A DNA stretch of 64,000 bases from an uncultured virus (IMG/VR IMGVR_UViG_3300014205_000210) (IMGVR_UViG_3300014205_000210:1-64000), one strand, 5' to 3'; positions 35,266 through 45,950 are shown, numbered from the stretch's first letter. Made by a program: numbers and translations. The notes: a model not told the origin generated them from the letters alone.

Positions 35266-36561
35266 TCACATAATTCTCTTTAATTTAAGTTTTAACAAAG
35301 GGTCAGAGCTTCCACCATCATAATTTTTTTCAATAAGATCGATAAACTGTTTTCCAACTATATCCCACGAAAATCGTTGAATATATTGATATCCTAACAA
35401 TCCAAGCCTTTCTGCTAAACCTTTATTTGAAATTATTTTAGCCATCTGCTTTGCACAATCTTCAGTATCTGCAATTGCAAATTTTATTGCTGCATTAATT
35501 GCATACGTAAAGTCATTCACTTTAACTGGAAGGCCTATGCCTCTACAGTATTCCACATGCCCGCCATAATCTATATAAATCACTGGTTTTTTATGAAGCA
35601 TAGCTTCTACATACCCATAACCAAAACCTTCACCACCAGAAAGCCCAACAAAACAATCACTTACTTGAATACGTCTATATAATTCTTTTTTAGACATCCC
35701 AAAATTTGTTTGATACCCCATAGGAAAAAAGACACTTTGATTAAGACCGTAAAGAGTGACTACATCTAAAAGGTCTGTACCACCATCTTGACTCGCAACC
35801 CCAGTATGAATATATAATTTATATTTATTTTTAGAGTCAGAAACTTTTTGTTTAAATTTAGCAAAAGCTTCTATTATTTTACCAAGCATTTTTCTTTCAC
35901 CATTTGTTGCTACAGTAAAAAACACAAAGTCATCATTCGAAAATCCATTTCCAAAAACTTCTTGTTTAGTAAGTTTGTCAGTAATTTCATTCTTAAAATC
36001 GTAGTCTACATCAATACCAAGGCTTATTGGAATTGTAGGAGTTAACCCTAAATTTTCTAAACAAGACTTGCCCATAGATGTACAAGGGACTAACAAATCT
36101 GAAGTATTTAAAATGTCTTTAATTGATTTTCTTGGGGCTGGAGCAATTGGAGTTGGAAATAAACAGTGCTCTGGATATTGAGGAGTCTCAATAGTTACAT
36201 AGTCAACCCAATAAAAAGACTCTCTAAAAAGACAATATGCTAAAGAATCTTGTAACCAAGGATCTATCATTGAAATAACAAGATCTGGATTATAAGTCTC
36301 AATTGCATTGTTAAATAATTGAGAAGTTTTTGAATCTAGTATCTGGGAATTAGTAATAAACATGGTGTTAGCTAATTCTCTAAAGTCTTCCCCATGAATA
36401 AGCATCCCTTCTCTAGTAGTGTCCATTCCCGATAATGTAGCATACCCTATTTCATAGTTTCCTGTTTTATAAAATTGCTTAATAAGAGAAACGTTTACAT
36501 AAGCAAGACCAGATATATAGTTAAGACTTTCTCCACAAAATAAAACTTTTAATTTAGCCAA
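35266..36561 (-). CDS. GT4-family glycosyltransferase
   Basis: SGLAYV, VATNGERK, LYIHT, SGGEGFGYGYVEAMLHKKPVI; TACTAATAA at 36587-36595 upstream. Confidence 0.9.
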   Translation of the reverse strand: MAKLKVLFCGESLNYISGLAYVNVSLIKQFYKTGNYEIGYATLSGMDTTREGMLIHGEDFRELANTMFITNSQILDSKTSQLFNNAIETYNPDLVISMIDPWLQDSLAYCLFRESFYWVDYVTIETPQYPEHCLFPTPIAPAPRKSIKDILNTSDLLVPCTSMGKSCLENLGLTPTIPISLGIDVDYDFKNEITDKLTKQEVFGNGFSNDDFVFFTVATNGERKMLGKIIEAFAKFKQKVSDSKNKYKLYIHTGVASQDGGTDLLDVVTLYGLNQSVFFPMGYQTNFGMSKKELYRRIQVSDCFVGLSGGEGFGYGYVEAMLHKKPVIYIDYGGHVEYCRGIGLPVKVNDFTYAINAAIKFAIADTEDCAKQMAKIISNKGLAERLGLLGYQYIQRFSWDIVGKQFIDLIEKNYDGGSSDPLLKLKLKRIM

Positions 36562-36582
36562 AGTACAACTCCTAATTTTTCC

Positions 36583-37284
36583 TTAATTATTAGTATTTGG
36601 AACAGCTTCCTCTATTTGTAATCCTGTATTAAAATCTTTTTCCGATTTACCAGTTCCCTTATTAAATCTGTAATGTTTAGAATTGACATAACCATCTCTC
36701 TCTAATGTTTTCCATTTTAAACAAGGGCCACAATAACCACAATTATCTTCATCACCTTCACAAAAAGTTATTTCACTTATAATATCAAAAGGTAATTCTG
36801 CTAATTCTTCAGATTTTTTAGTCTTTAATAAAGGAAAAGTTAATTTTGGATAATTATGCATAAAAGGAATATAAGCATCATATAAATTATAAATATCATT
36901 TACATAAGAAACAGCATCATCGTTCATTACATAACAAATAGCAATTTTTGTAGCAGTAGAGTAATTAAATATAATTCCAGTTAACCAAACTAATATTTGG
37001 CATAAATAAAGCCCATTTCGTGTGCTTTTAATATCTACAGAAATTCCTTTCCCTAAATACTCAAAGTTTGGAAATATTTGAAATAAAGGCAATATTCTTT
37101 CTATAGCTTTTAATTCTCTTTTAGTTTTTGTATAATTATTCATTATTTCAAAATAACTAGCTTTTATTATAAAACCTGCATTTAAAGCTTTCCAAATAAA
37201 ATAAGTTGAGTCTAATCCACCTGACCAAGCTACAAAAATAATATCATCTTTTGAATAAATTTCAGAAAAGTTTAAAATACTCAT
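36583..37284 (-). CDS. QueC-like PP-loop ATPase
   Basis: AWSGGLDST PP-loop, FPL..K, C-x6-CGYCGPC zinc site. Confidence 0.8.
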   Translation of the reverse strand: MSILNFSEIYSKDDIIFVAWSGGLDSTYFIWKALNAGFIIKASYFEIMNNYTKTKRELKAIERILPLFQIFPNFEYLGKGISVDIKSTRNGLYLCQILVWLTGIIFNYSTATKIAICYVMNDDAVSYVNDIYNLYDAYIPFMHNYPKLTFPLLKTKKSEELAELPFDIISEITFCEGDEDNCGYCGPCLKWKTLERDGYVNSKHYRFNKGTGKSEKDFNTGLQIEEAVPNTNN

Positions 37285-39119
37285 ATAATTCCTCGAAGTA
37301 ACTTTTGCAATTCGTCATTAGAAATTTCTTTATTTAATTTATCATTTAATTCAGCTCTATTCATAGCTCTATTAACTCGAATGTTATCAATAGTATCTGG
37401 GTAAGTAGGTACTTCAATAATAGTATCTTTTTCTGAAACAATACGATGAGTTCTATCTTGCAATTGTCTAAAATGAGTAGCATCTAATGGGCATTCGTAT
37501 ACACAAATAGCCCTACCACCTTTTTGTAAATTTAACCCTGCTGAACTTGTTAAAGCAGAAAGAAAAGCTATTTTTCTAGAAGAGTCTTCATTAAATAATC
37601 TCTCAACTTCATATCGTTCTGCTTCAGTAACATTAACACTACCATGTATTATAAGAGGATTATATGATTTAAACTTAGAAAATAAAATATTAAGTGTTTC
37701 AGGATGAATGCCATATACTATAAGTTTTTCATCCATGTTATCAATGTATTTTTCGACCAAAAATTTAAGAACAATAAATTTAGGGTCTTCTTCTATTGAA
37801 TATTTAGAAATTAAAGTATTAAGATATCCTTCTGCATATTCACGCTTTTTTAGTAATAAAGGGTTGTCGATGGCGGCTAAAATTATTGGAAGTTTATTTA
37901 AGATAAGTTTCCACGTTATTTTTTTATATTCTTCTTCTAGAAAATATACTTCTTGTTTGCATACGAATTGATAAATTTCTTTTTGTATTTGAGTCATCTC
38001 TAAATTTATTATTTTTGGTGGAAACTTCTTAGCTTTCATTTCAGGTACATCTTCTTTAAGTCGTTTAATTAAATATGGTTGTAACCACTGATATAATTTC
38101 TGTACTTTTTGAGTATCATAAGAATTAATATGATAGCGATCTCGAAAATTCCCTATAGAGCTTGAAATCCACAACTTAAAAGCATTTTCAGACATTGGTA
38201 TAATTGAATTATCAAGAAATTTTGTTTGATTATAAAAATCTTCAATTCTATTAATAGCTGGAGTAGCTGTTACACAAGCCCTGAATTTTGAAAATTTCTT
38301 TAATGCCATAACAGCTTTTGACCTAATAGCTTTACTATGTTTAATTAAATGAGATTCATCTATCAAGCAAAAAATTGATTCTTTTTTCCAAACTTCATTA
38401 ACATTAACACAAGAAGACCATCGAACTCGTTTAGCAGATTTTAAAGTTTTAAAATCTTTTCTATATGATAAAAGGCAATCAGCTACTAAATGAATAGGAA
38501 TTATTAAAACTTTTTTATTAATTGCGTGGTCAAAAATTTTAATTTTATTTTGATTAGTTACAAGCAAAATATCATCTTCAACAAACAATGTTGAAAATTT
38601 TAATAATTCATATTTCCAATGATATGATAATCCATTAGGTACAACTATGATAATTCCATCAACTTCTTTATACTTATACAAATTAGAGAATACAATAGTA
38701 TTTTGTATCGTCTTACCCAGCCCCGCATCGTCGGCATCCAAATAAGCAGATCGCTGGGTTCGAAGTAAAATTCCGTCTTTTTGAAAATTAAATAATACTG
38801 TAGATGAAGTTAATATAGAAAAATCTATATCTTTATTTCTAACAAAATTAGTTTCTTTTATAAAAGAAGCTTCTACTTTTTTAATAGCTTCAATAGCTTC
38901 ATCAGTTACAGAATATTCAAATCCATATTTTTGAAACCATAATAATATTTCATCAACCCTATTTACAGGCACAAGATAGCCTTTAATAAAATCTTTATAA
39001 GATAAATATAAAGATTTTAAAAAAGTAGTTAGTTCATCAAATTCATCTACAGCTTCTCGTGGAAGTAAAATGCTGACAACAAATGAATTTAACGAAGGAG
39101 CATAATCAACTGTTAACAT
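37281..39119 (-). CDS. SNF2-family helicase
   Basis: DDAGLGKT, DESH, TATP, RLKEDV, SAGLNLQ, QLQDRTHRI. Confidence 0.92.
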   Translation of the reverse strand: MLTVDYAPSLNSFVVSILLPREAVDEFDELTTFLKSLYLSYKDFIKGYLVPVNRVDEILLWFQKYGFEYSVTDEAIEAIKKVEASFIKETNFVRNKDIDFSILTSSTVLFNFQKDGILLRTQRSAYLDADDAGLGKTIQNTIVFSNLYKYKEVDGIIIVVPNGLSYHWKYELLKFSTLFVEDDILLVTNQNKIKIFDHAINKKVLIIPIHLVADCLLSYRKDFKTLKSAKRVRWSSCVNVNEVWKKESIFCLIDESHLIKHSKAIRSKAVMALKKFSKFRACVTATPAINRIEDFYNQTKFLDNSIIPMSENAFKLWISSSIGNFRDRYHINSYDTQKVQKLYQWLQPYLIKRLKEDVPEMKAKKFPPKIINLEMTQIQKEIYQFVCKQEVYFLEEEYKKITWKLILNKLPIILAAIDNPLLLKKREYAEGYLNTLISKYSIEEDPKFIVLKFLVEKYIDNMDEKLIVYGIHPETLNILFSKFKSYNPLIIHGSVNVTEAERYEVERLFNEDSSRKIAFLSALTSSAGLNLQKGGRAICVYECPLDATHFRQLQDRTHRIVSEKDTIIEVPTYPDTIDNIRVNRAMNRAELNDKLNKEISNDELQKLLRGII

Positions 39120-39936
39120 TTTGGTTTAATTTCTCAACCCGTTCTTTATAAATACGAAGGCATTCTTTTTGTACTTGAAGTGAATTAAAATGGATAGTAT
39201 AATGACCCCAAGTATAAGTATCTCCATCCCCAACTAAAGGAAAGTCTTTAAGAAGATGAAAGTTAATATCAAAAAAATTCATCATCATCACATCTTCATA
39301 GTCAATAACTTGAGGCCGTTTAGTTAAAACTCGTTGTTCTACACTGTTATCAAAAATAAAATCTTTAATCTGCTCTCCACTACCTTCATTAAAAATAATA
39401 AGTTTAAGCTTTGCTAAAAATTCAGATATCGACATAGGATTTTGGGCAGGAATACCTGACATTCTCATTGTACTTATGTCATCTACAGTAAGAATAAACC
39501 GATCTTCCTTTTTAAAAATACGATCAATAACTCCATATTCTTTTCGTAAAATAGTTTTTTTACGAGTAAAAGCTTCTTCTAAAGATATATTCTCATCTTT
39601 CATAACCTGAACTACTTCAGAAGGGCTTAATAAAACTCTATCTTCAACTTCAATTAAATAATGAGGATAACATCTTTTAAGATACTTTTCAACTTTCGTA
39701 ATAGAATCTTTATATGATACATTAACATCAACAGGTAAATAAAATTTAATATGTTGTCCTAACATAAAGTAAATTCGTTTTTCTTCTGCAATCCAATAAG
39801 TAGCTAAAGGCACAGGAGCATTTTTAAGATAGCCAGAAATCTCTTTAGCTAAAATTTGAAAATAAACTTTGTCTTCAAAATCTATTTTACTTAAAAAGGT
39901 TTGATCTTCTAACCATCTATTTACATTTGCACTCAT
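39106..39936 (-). CDS. hypothetical protein
   Basis: 276 aa ORF overlapping neighbours. Confidence 0.65.
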   Translation of the reverse strand: MSANVNRWLEDQTFLSKIDFEDKVYFQILAKEISGYLKNAPVPLATYWIAEEKRIYFMLGQHIKFYLPVDVNVSYKDSITKVEKYLKRCYPHYLIEVEDRVLLSPSEVVQVMKDENISLEEAFTRKKTILRKEYGVIDRIFKKEDRFILTVDDISTMRMSGIPAQNPMSISEFLAKLKLIIFNEGSGEQIKDFIFDNSVEQRVLTKRPQVIDYEDVMMMNFFDINFHLLKDFPLVGDGDTYTWGHYTIHFNSLQVQKECLRIYKERVEKLNQNVNS

Positions 39937-41054
39937 TCTTTTGTACCTGATCCAATATATAAAGGTATAATAAAAAAAGTAGACTCATCTTTATTTGTCA
40001 CTGTAAGTGTATTCATAGCATTTGCATTAATAGGAACTTTTAAATAAATTTCTTCATCTTGTATTGCTAATACCATAGAAAGCATTTGAGTAACAGAAAC
40101 AATTATTTGTAACGAAAGTAATTCATTAATATCAAAACTGTACTCAATCGTCTCTCTGCAAATACTTGTAGTTCTACTTTCTAAAATAAATTTATCTTTT
40201 TCAAATAATAGGTATATTCTACTTTCAGCTTTTTGGCTGGAAGCACCAGTTAATTTCTTTAAAGCTTTTAATAAAAGTTCCTTTTTAAAAATAAGAGTAG
40301 TTTCATGATTATACATTGCTCTAATATCTGAAGAAAAAATATCTGGTAAAAGTACTTTAGTTAAATCTGGAGCCTCAATAAAAATTAAAGTCTCTCCGCA
40401 ATATACTAAGTATTTATTAAATTCTCGAATTAAAATTAAGGTAGTAGAGTTATCTTTAAAAAGATAAGATAAATTTAAAAGTTCTTTAGGAAAATATAAA
40501 GCTTTAGTAAAATCATTTTTAGTGATAATAGCAATTGTACCATCTTCTCTATTACTCGTCACAAAATAATTATTAAAAAGGCCGATAACATGAAGGCCTA
40601 ATCGTTCCTCCCCAATATAAGATTTAACTTTAGAAAGTTTGTCTAAGCTGTTCAACTCAATAGTTTTATATTTGGACACATTAGCTAAAATTGAAAAAAT
40701 ATTTTTAATATTAGTTGCTTCATCAAGATCATATTTTTCAAATTGATAATTAGAATTTTTTCCAAACAAAATATTTTCAGATGTAATAATAATCTCATCA
40801 TCAGTATTACAATGTTTTAAAATATCAAAAAACTTCTTCACTTCATAAGTAACAATGAACTCAGAGTTATCTAAATTTTTATCTTTTAAAATAGTAAAAA
40901 GCTGTATATTTAAACTATTCTGAAGACAAATAATATTAGTAGAGTCTTTAATAGAAATAAATTGAAATTTATCTGCTATAGAAGTTTTCGAATTAGAACA
41001 ATTAGAATATAATTGCAAAAAACTTAATTCAGTAACACTAAACTTAAGATCCAT
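39933..41054 (-). CDS. probable DNA sliding clamp (beta-clamp-like)
   Basis: 373 aa with three-domain beta-clamp-like pattern (KKFFDILK, KELLLKALKKL, C-terminal FFIIP); DnaX-like loader present in window. Confidence 0.6.
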   Translation of the reverse strand: MDLKFSVTELSFLQLYSNCSNSKTSIADKFQFISIKDSTNIICLQNSLNIQLFTILKDKNLDNSEFIVTYEVKKFFDILKHCNTDDEIIITSENILFGKNSNYQFEKYDLDEATNIKNIFSILANVSKYKTIELNSLDKLSKVKSYIGEERLGLHVIGLFNNYFVTSNREDGTIAIITKNDFTKALYFPKELLNLSYLFKDNSTTLILIREFNKYLVYCGETLIFIEAPDLTKVLLPDIFSSDIRAMYNHETTLIFKKELLLKALKKLTGASSQKAESRIYLLFEKDKFILESRTTSICRETIEYSFDINELLSLQIIVSVTQMLSMVLAIQDEEIYLKVPINANAMNTLTVTNKDESTFFIIPLYIGSGTKE

Positions 41055-41067
41055 TTTTTCTCCTTAG

Positions 41068-43257
41068 CTATTTTAGCTCTCCGTTTTCTATTTCAAATAC
41101 TTTTACTTCTGGTAAAGTATTAAAAAAGTCCTTTGTATCTTCGCAATGAGAAATCACAAATATTTGTTCAAAGTTTTCATTTAATACTGCTTTATATAAT
41201 TTTAAAGATGCTGTTGTAGAAGCATCTGAGTCTATTTCATCAAGCACTAAAAAGTTCAAATTTTGTAAATGAGTTAAAGCAATTCGAAAAGAAGTAGCAA
41301 AAATTTGTTTTTCAAAGCCACTTAACATCGATACTGGGTGCCAATCGTTAGAATTTTCAGAATAAAAGAATTCTATTCCACGATCGACTTGACGAAAATC
41401 AATTAAGTATTCTCCATAAGCTTTTTGAAAAAAATCATTCATTTTTTGCTTTATATAAGTGCTTGCTAAATCAACAAGATGAGCACTAAAATCTTTATCA
41501 AGTAGTATATGAGTCTCTTTAATAACAGCAGCGTCTTCTCTATATTTAAAAATTTGCTTTTCTAATATAGAAACTTTTTTAACTATATCTTTCTTTTGCT
41601 TATCAATTTTATCATTAAACTCTTCTGCTTTATTTTTATCATTTAGTCTTAGTTCATAGTCTGAAAGCAATTGTTTTATTTGCAAATAAAGTTTTTCATC
41701 ATATTGCGATAAGAAAATAAAGTCATTTGGCTTTTGAATTTTTAAATATTCTTCAATCTTAGATTCAATGCTTATTTTAATTTTTTCCAGTTCAATAACT
41801 TTCTTTTCTTTCTCTTTATTTTTAATAAGAATCTCATTGTATTTTTGTTTTGTTTGTGTTAACTCAACTTTTTTTATAGTAAGTTCATTTTGTTGTTTTT
41901 GCAATAAGCTTAATTTAGCTTTATCAGGTTCAATAATATTTGAATAACTTTCTAATTTTGTTGTAAATTCAGTAATATCTTTATTCCATATATCTAACCT
42001 AGATTGAATAATTTTATTATCTCGTTGTATATTTTCATAGTCTTTAAAAGAAGTTTCCGCTTCTTTAATAGCAATATCTATTCTATTAAAGTCTTCAGAG
42101 AGCAAACTAATTTGACTTTTTAAATCATCTATAAAATTAGTTATATACTTAGCTCCGCAAGTAGGACACTCGCCATTTTGTATTGCTTTTAATTTATCCT
42201 TTGATTTAATTAATAAATCTCGAATTTCAATACGTTGCTTTTTATCTCCATCAATTGACTCTTGAGAAATAGTAAGACGAGGAAGCCGTTTAATTTGATT
42301 TTCAGAAATAAGTTTATTTCGTTCTTCTAATTTAGTGGTTATATCAATCTTTTCATTTTGAATTTTATTATAAGATTCAATATCTTTTCTTAAAGACATC
42401 ATTTCTAAACTAAAATTATGAAGAGTCTTTTCACATTCAACTAAAATAGTGTCATCAAATTCAACAATTTCTTCAAATCCAATATTTTCTAATACCTGAA
42501 GAATTTCTTTAAGTTTAGTTTCTTGAGTTAATAATTCTTTCTGAGTTGAATTATATTGAAATAGTTGTTCTTTGTATACTTCATGATTTTTAAGTTCTTC
42601 ATCATAGATCTTCTTCTCAGTCTCTTGAAATAATAATTTGTTGTTAGTGTCATCTAAATTTATTTCTAATAACTCGGGAACTGGTAGATAGTCAAAAGAA
42701 ATTCCATTAAGTGTTTTTATTTCAGTTTCACAAGTCTCTATCTGCTTACCAATCTCTTTTACATCTTCCTTCATTTTGTCAACTATTTCATTGATCTTTT
42801 GTATTTTAGAAATAATTTTTATTTTTTGAAGTCGAGGAGTTGGTTTTTCAAATAATAACTCAGTACTCTTATGTTGCATCGCTATATTTGAATAAAGAGT
42901 TATTTCTGGATCTATAAATGTAACCAGTTCTTTAACAGCATCTGATTTATAAAAAGCTGAGTCATCATTAAAGTCAATAACTAATTTCCTATCAGTACCT
43001 TTACCTGCTTTAATAGTGTATTCAAAATCTTTTCCTACATGATGAAACTTTGTAAAAATTTTAAATTCTTTTTGAAACCACCGAACGTACTCTTCAATTT
43101 TTTCATCAAGAGTATTTGTCATTAAAAAAGTAAGAGCTTCAAAAATAGCAGATTTTCCTTGCCCAGTTTCACCAATAATTAAATTTATTTTACCAAACTG
43201 TAAAGTAGCTTCTCTAATATTTTTAAAGTCTTTAAGATATAAATCATTTATAAACAT
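41068..43257 (-). CDS. sbcC: SbcC/Rad50-like SMC ATPase
   Basis: GETGQGKS, coiled coils, zinc hook CPTCG, LSGFE, LDEID, ISH. Confidence 0.92.
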   Translation of the reverse strand: MFINDLYLKDFKNIREATLQFGKINLIIGETGQGKSAIFEALTFLMTNTLDEKIEEYVRWFQKEFKIFTKFHHVGKDFEYTIKAGKGTDRKLVIDFNDDSAFYKSDAVKELVTFIDPEITLYSNIAMQHKSTELLFEKPTPRLQKIKIISKIQKINEIVDKMKEDVKEIGKQIETCETEIKTLNGISFDYLPVPELLEINLDDTNNKLLFQETEKKIYDEELKNHEVYKEQLFQYNSTQKELLTQETKLKEILQVLENIGFEEIVEFDDTILVECEKTLHNFSLEMMSLRKDIESYNKIQNEKIDITTKLEERNKLISENQIKRLPRLTISQESIDGDKKQRIEIRDLLIKSKDKLKAIQNGECPTCGAKYITNFIDDLKSQISLLSEDFNRIDIAIKEAETSFKDYENIQRDNKIIQSRLDIWNKDITEFTTKLESYSNIIEPDKAKLSLLQKQQNELTIKKVELTQTKQKYNEILIKNKEKEKKVIELEKIKISIESKIEEYLKIQKPNDFIFLSQYDEKLYLQIKQLLSDYELRLNDKNKAEEFNDKIDKQKKDIVKKVSILEKQIFKYREDAAVIKETHILLDKDFSAHLVDLASTYIKQKMNDFFQKAYGEYLIDFRQVDRGIEFFYSENSNDWHPVSMLSGFEKQIFATSFRIALTHLQNLNFLVLDEIDSDASTTASLKLYKAVLNENFEQIFVISHCEDTKDFFNTLPEVKVFEIENGELK

Positions 43258-43260
43258 TAC

Positions 43261-43572
43261 TTATTCAATTCCTTTATAATAGTAACACTTTTGATTTTTT
43301 TCAACAATAATTCCTTCTTTAACAATTAAGTTATTTCTAATATATGGATCTTCAGATTTAACATTTACATTTGGTTTTGCATATAAATTTACTAAACCGT
43401 AACTTGACTTAGAAATTCCGCTTTTAATTATTTCAGAAGGTAAATCTTGAGATAATAAGACACTATAATAATCTATTTTGTATTTTATTGCGGTAAATAA
43501 AAGGCATCCTACATAGTCTTTTATTTTAGCTTTCCTACTATGAACACAAGATAAACAATTTTTAATTACCAT
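43261..43572 (-). CDS. small Cys-containing hypothetical protein
   Basis: CLSCVH..C...C pattern. Confidence 0.55.
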   Translation of the reverse strand: MVIKNCLSCVHSRKAKIKDYVGCLLFTAIKYKIDYYSVLLSQDLPSEIIKSGISKSSYGLVNLYAKPNVNVKSEDPYIRNNLIVKEGIIVEKNQKCYYYKGIE

Positions 43573-43733
43573 AACATTAAAGTCTTATAAATATAGAATA
43601 CAAAAAGGCTAAGAAATAAAAATCCAAAAATTTCTGGAATTAAATCTTCTTTCGAAAATTTAGATAATTTCAATACACGAAGAATTATACCAAGCACTAG
43701 AAAAATAAGAAGAAAAATTCCTAAATAATACAT
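43566..43733 (-). CDS. small two-helix membrane protein (55 aa)
   Basis: Hand translation MYYLGIFLLIFLVLGIILRV...; TAATG overlap with upstream stop. Confidence 0.45.
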   Translation of the reverse strand: MYYLGIFLLIFLVLGIILRVLKLSKFSKEDLIPEIFGFLFLSLFVFYIYKTLMLW

Positions 43734-43969
43734 TAGTTATTTTCCTCTAGTTCTTCAAGACCTGCAGTACTTTCATAAAATTCAATGATATCTTTCATAC
43801 CAAGCAGAATAATATCAAGATTAAAACCAGACCCTAACATTGCTCTTACAAAAGTATGTACAAATTCAGTAGAAGATGATACTGAGGTTTTATCAGCTTC
43901 ACACACTTCGCAAAAATCTATTTGATTTCCAATAAGTGGATTAGTGGATTCAATTCTAATCTTCAACAT
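43733..43969 (-). CDS. small hypothetical protein
   Basis: 78 aa ORF. Confidence 0.55.
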   Translation of the reverse strand: MLKIRIESTNPLIGNQIDFCEVCEADKTSVSSSTEFVHTFVRAMLGSGFNLDIILLGMKDIIEFYESTAGLEELEENN

Positions 43970-45137
43970 TATCTTTTTCCTTTCTTGACTTTCGTTGTTT
44001 TTTCTCTTCAGCTTCTACAACTGCAGCAAAAGACTCTGGCTCGGGTTTTACACGTTTATTCATAAAAGCAGTTATGGTTGGTTTTAGTTCTTGTAGTACC
44101 TGAGCATTCTCTTCAATATAAGTTTGAAACTTAGGCCACCCATAGAATTTCTGATTATTTATTTCATAATAAGTACCATCTAGATCTTCAATAAAAGAAG
44201 TCTTATCAGGAGTTTTAGAGTAACGTTTTATTAGCCCAATACTTAAAGCTATATCAAGAAGCTCTTCATCTTTGTCTACACCAATTTTTGTAGGATGATT
44301 AACATATACTGAAGTTTCAATAATTCGTTTTGGAGGCCCGACCTTGTTTTTTTCTACTCGAATTTTTGTCCGAAACCCATGTGGATTATCTTTAGGGCCA
44401 AGAATCCCGTCTTCACCACCTATTCTTCTAATATTAAGTCTAACAGAAGAATAGAAAGCAAGAGCAGATCCACCAGTTGCTATTTCGGGGTTATATTTTG
44501 ACATTCCAGACCTAATTTGATTAATAAAAATTATGGTCGTTTTTGGATGTTGCATCATAATTGAATTAAATTTTTTAAGCCCATTACTCATCAAACGGGC
44601 CAAAACCGCCATGTGAGAATCTGAATAAGACCCCTCATTCTCTTCATCAGTAGTCATAGTAGACACAGAGTCTACACCAATTATATCTACTAAATTAGAT
44701 GTAACCATGTCTTCAAGCATTTGATATGCATCAGCTCCTGATTTTGGTTTTAATAAAATAAATTTTTCTGGAGAACAATCTCCACCAAGTCTAATAAACC
44801 AATTTTTATCAAATGAATTTTCTAAATCAAGAAAGGCCGCCACTCCACCACTTTTCTGACACTCAATTATAGTAAGTAAAGTAAACAAAGTTTTGCCGCC
44901 GCTTGGTGGGCCATAATATTCAAGAATTCTTCCTCTAGGAATTCCTTGTATGCCAATTGCAGCATCAACTGCATAAGATCCTGATGAACATAATACAGGG
45001 ACTTCTTCTATATCATCTCCTAAAATAACAGCTTTTTTACCAAAACTTTTAGTAAGACTTTTTTGTAAATCAGCTAATGTTTTAGGTTTTTTATTTTTTT
45101 TCTCTTCAGTTTGTTCTACTTGTTCTTCTGTACTCAT
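43956..45137 (-). CDS. recA: RecA recombinase
   Basis: GIPRGRILEYYGPPSGGKT, VDSVS, ARLMS, IFINQIR, GGSALAFYSSVRL, KNKVGPP. Confidence 0.96.
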   Translation of the reverse strand: MSTEEQVEQTEEKKNKKPKTLADLQKSLTKSFGKKAVILGDDIEEVPVLCSSGSYAVDAAIGIQGIPRGRILEYYGPPSGGKTLFTLLTIIECQKSGGVAAFLDLENSFDKNWFIRLGGDCSPEKFILLKPKSGADAYQMLEDMVTSNLVDIIGVDSVSTMTTDEENEGSYSDSHMAVLARLMSNGLKKFNSIMMQHPKTTIIFINQIRSGMSKYNPEIATGGSALAFYSSVRLNIRRIGGEDGILGPKDNPHGFRTKIRVEKNKVGPPKRIIETSVYVNHPTKIGVDKDEELLDIALSIGLIKRYSKTPDKTSFIEDLDGTYYEINNQKFYGWPKFQTYIEENAQVLQELKPTITAFMNKRVKPEPESFAAVVEAEEKKQRKSRKEKDNVED

Positions 45138-45138
45138 T

Positions 45139-45660
45139 TTAATTCTCCTTTGCTTTTTGTAACCAAGTCAGTCTTTCTTCTTTTGTAATTTTTTCATTTG
45201 TAACTGGATGTTTAAAACTGTCCAATCTTTGATGAAATAATCTTCCTAAAATTACCCCATTTGAAGGATTATATTTTAAATCTATATCGGTGTCTTTTGG
45301 AAGTATATGAGCAACATCTAAATTTTCATTTAGCCATAAGTCTTCATTAAAATTGTCTTCTATATATTTTTTTTCATCATCAGTTAATATATTCCAAATT
45401 CTGCAATACTTCTGCCAATTTTTCTTTTTTGAAAACCCATCAAAACTTCCAAAAGTCTGCTTCCAGACTTCTGTTACAAAAGAAGCATATTCATAATTTA
45501 AAGCAACTATTCTTTTAGCTTTTTTAAGTTTTACTTTATTCCATTTAGTAAAACATCGAAGTTGTTTTTCTTCTTGTAAACATCGTTCAGAATAAGTTGA
45601 ATGCCGATAACAAAAACGCTTTGTACAAAAGTCAGAAAATTCTTTAAAGTCCAAAATCAT
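45139..45660 (-). CDS. HNH-like (beta-beta-alpha-Me) nuclease
   Basis: LDVAHILPK..YNPSNGVILGRLFHQRLD. Confidence 0.65.
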   Translation of the reverse strand: MILDFKEFSDFCTKRFCYRHSTYSERCLQEEKQLRCFTKWNKVKLKKAKRIVALNYEYASFVTEVWKQTFGSFDGFSKKKNWQKYCRIWNILTDDEKKYIEDNFNEDLWLNENLDVAHILPKDTDIDLKYNPSNGVILGRLFHQRLDSFKHPVTNEKITKEERLTWLQKAKEN

Positions 45661-45925
45661 GTTTCCTTTTCAAAAAATATTTCAAAACTTTATCTTTACC
45701 ATTAAGTATTTTTTCTTTACATATTAACCACAACATTATAATTAAAATTGATATAACTATAATAGGAGACAAAGGACTAAAACAACCATAAAATATAGTT
45801 TTATTAAACCATTTGCTCTTATTTTCATAGAAAAAATATAAGTATAATTCATGAGCTATTGGAATAAAACAAAGCCACATAATAACATAAGATATGATGG
45901 GAATAATTAACCACAATAATGACAT
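45644..45925 (-). CDS. membrane protein
   Basis: Two hydrophobic segments; GAGGAG RBS before ATG 45925. Confidence 0.6.
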   Translation of the reverse strand: MSLLWLIIPIISYVIMWLCFIPIAHELYLYFFYENKSKWFNKTIFYGCFSPLSPIIVISILIIMLWLICKEKILNGKDKVLKYFLKRKHDFGL

Positions 45926-45950
45926 AAAAAAAATTCTCCTCAAAAATTAT

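Noticed and set aside
36583..37284. Complete 7-deazaguanine DNA modification system
   Set aside because: No FolE, QueD, QueE or DpdA recognised in the window.
16757..45137. Inteins or introns in polA, nrdD, the SNF2 helicase or recA
   Set aside because: Motif spacing is near normal; the polymerase inserts are short and lack splicing motifs.
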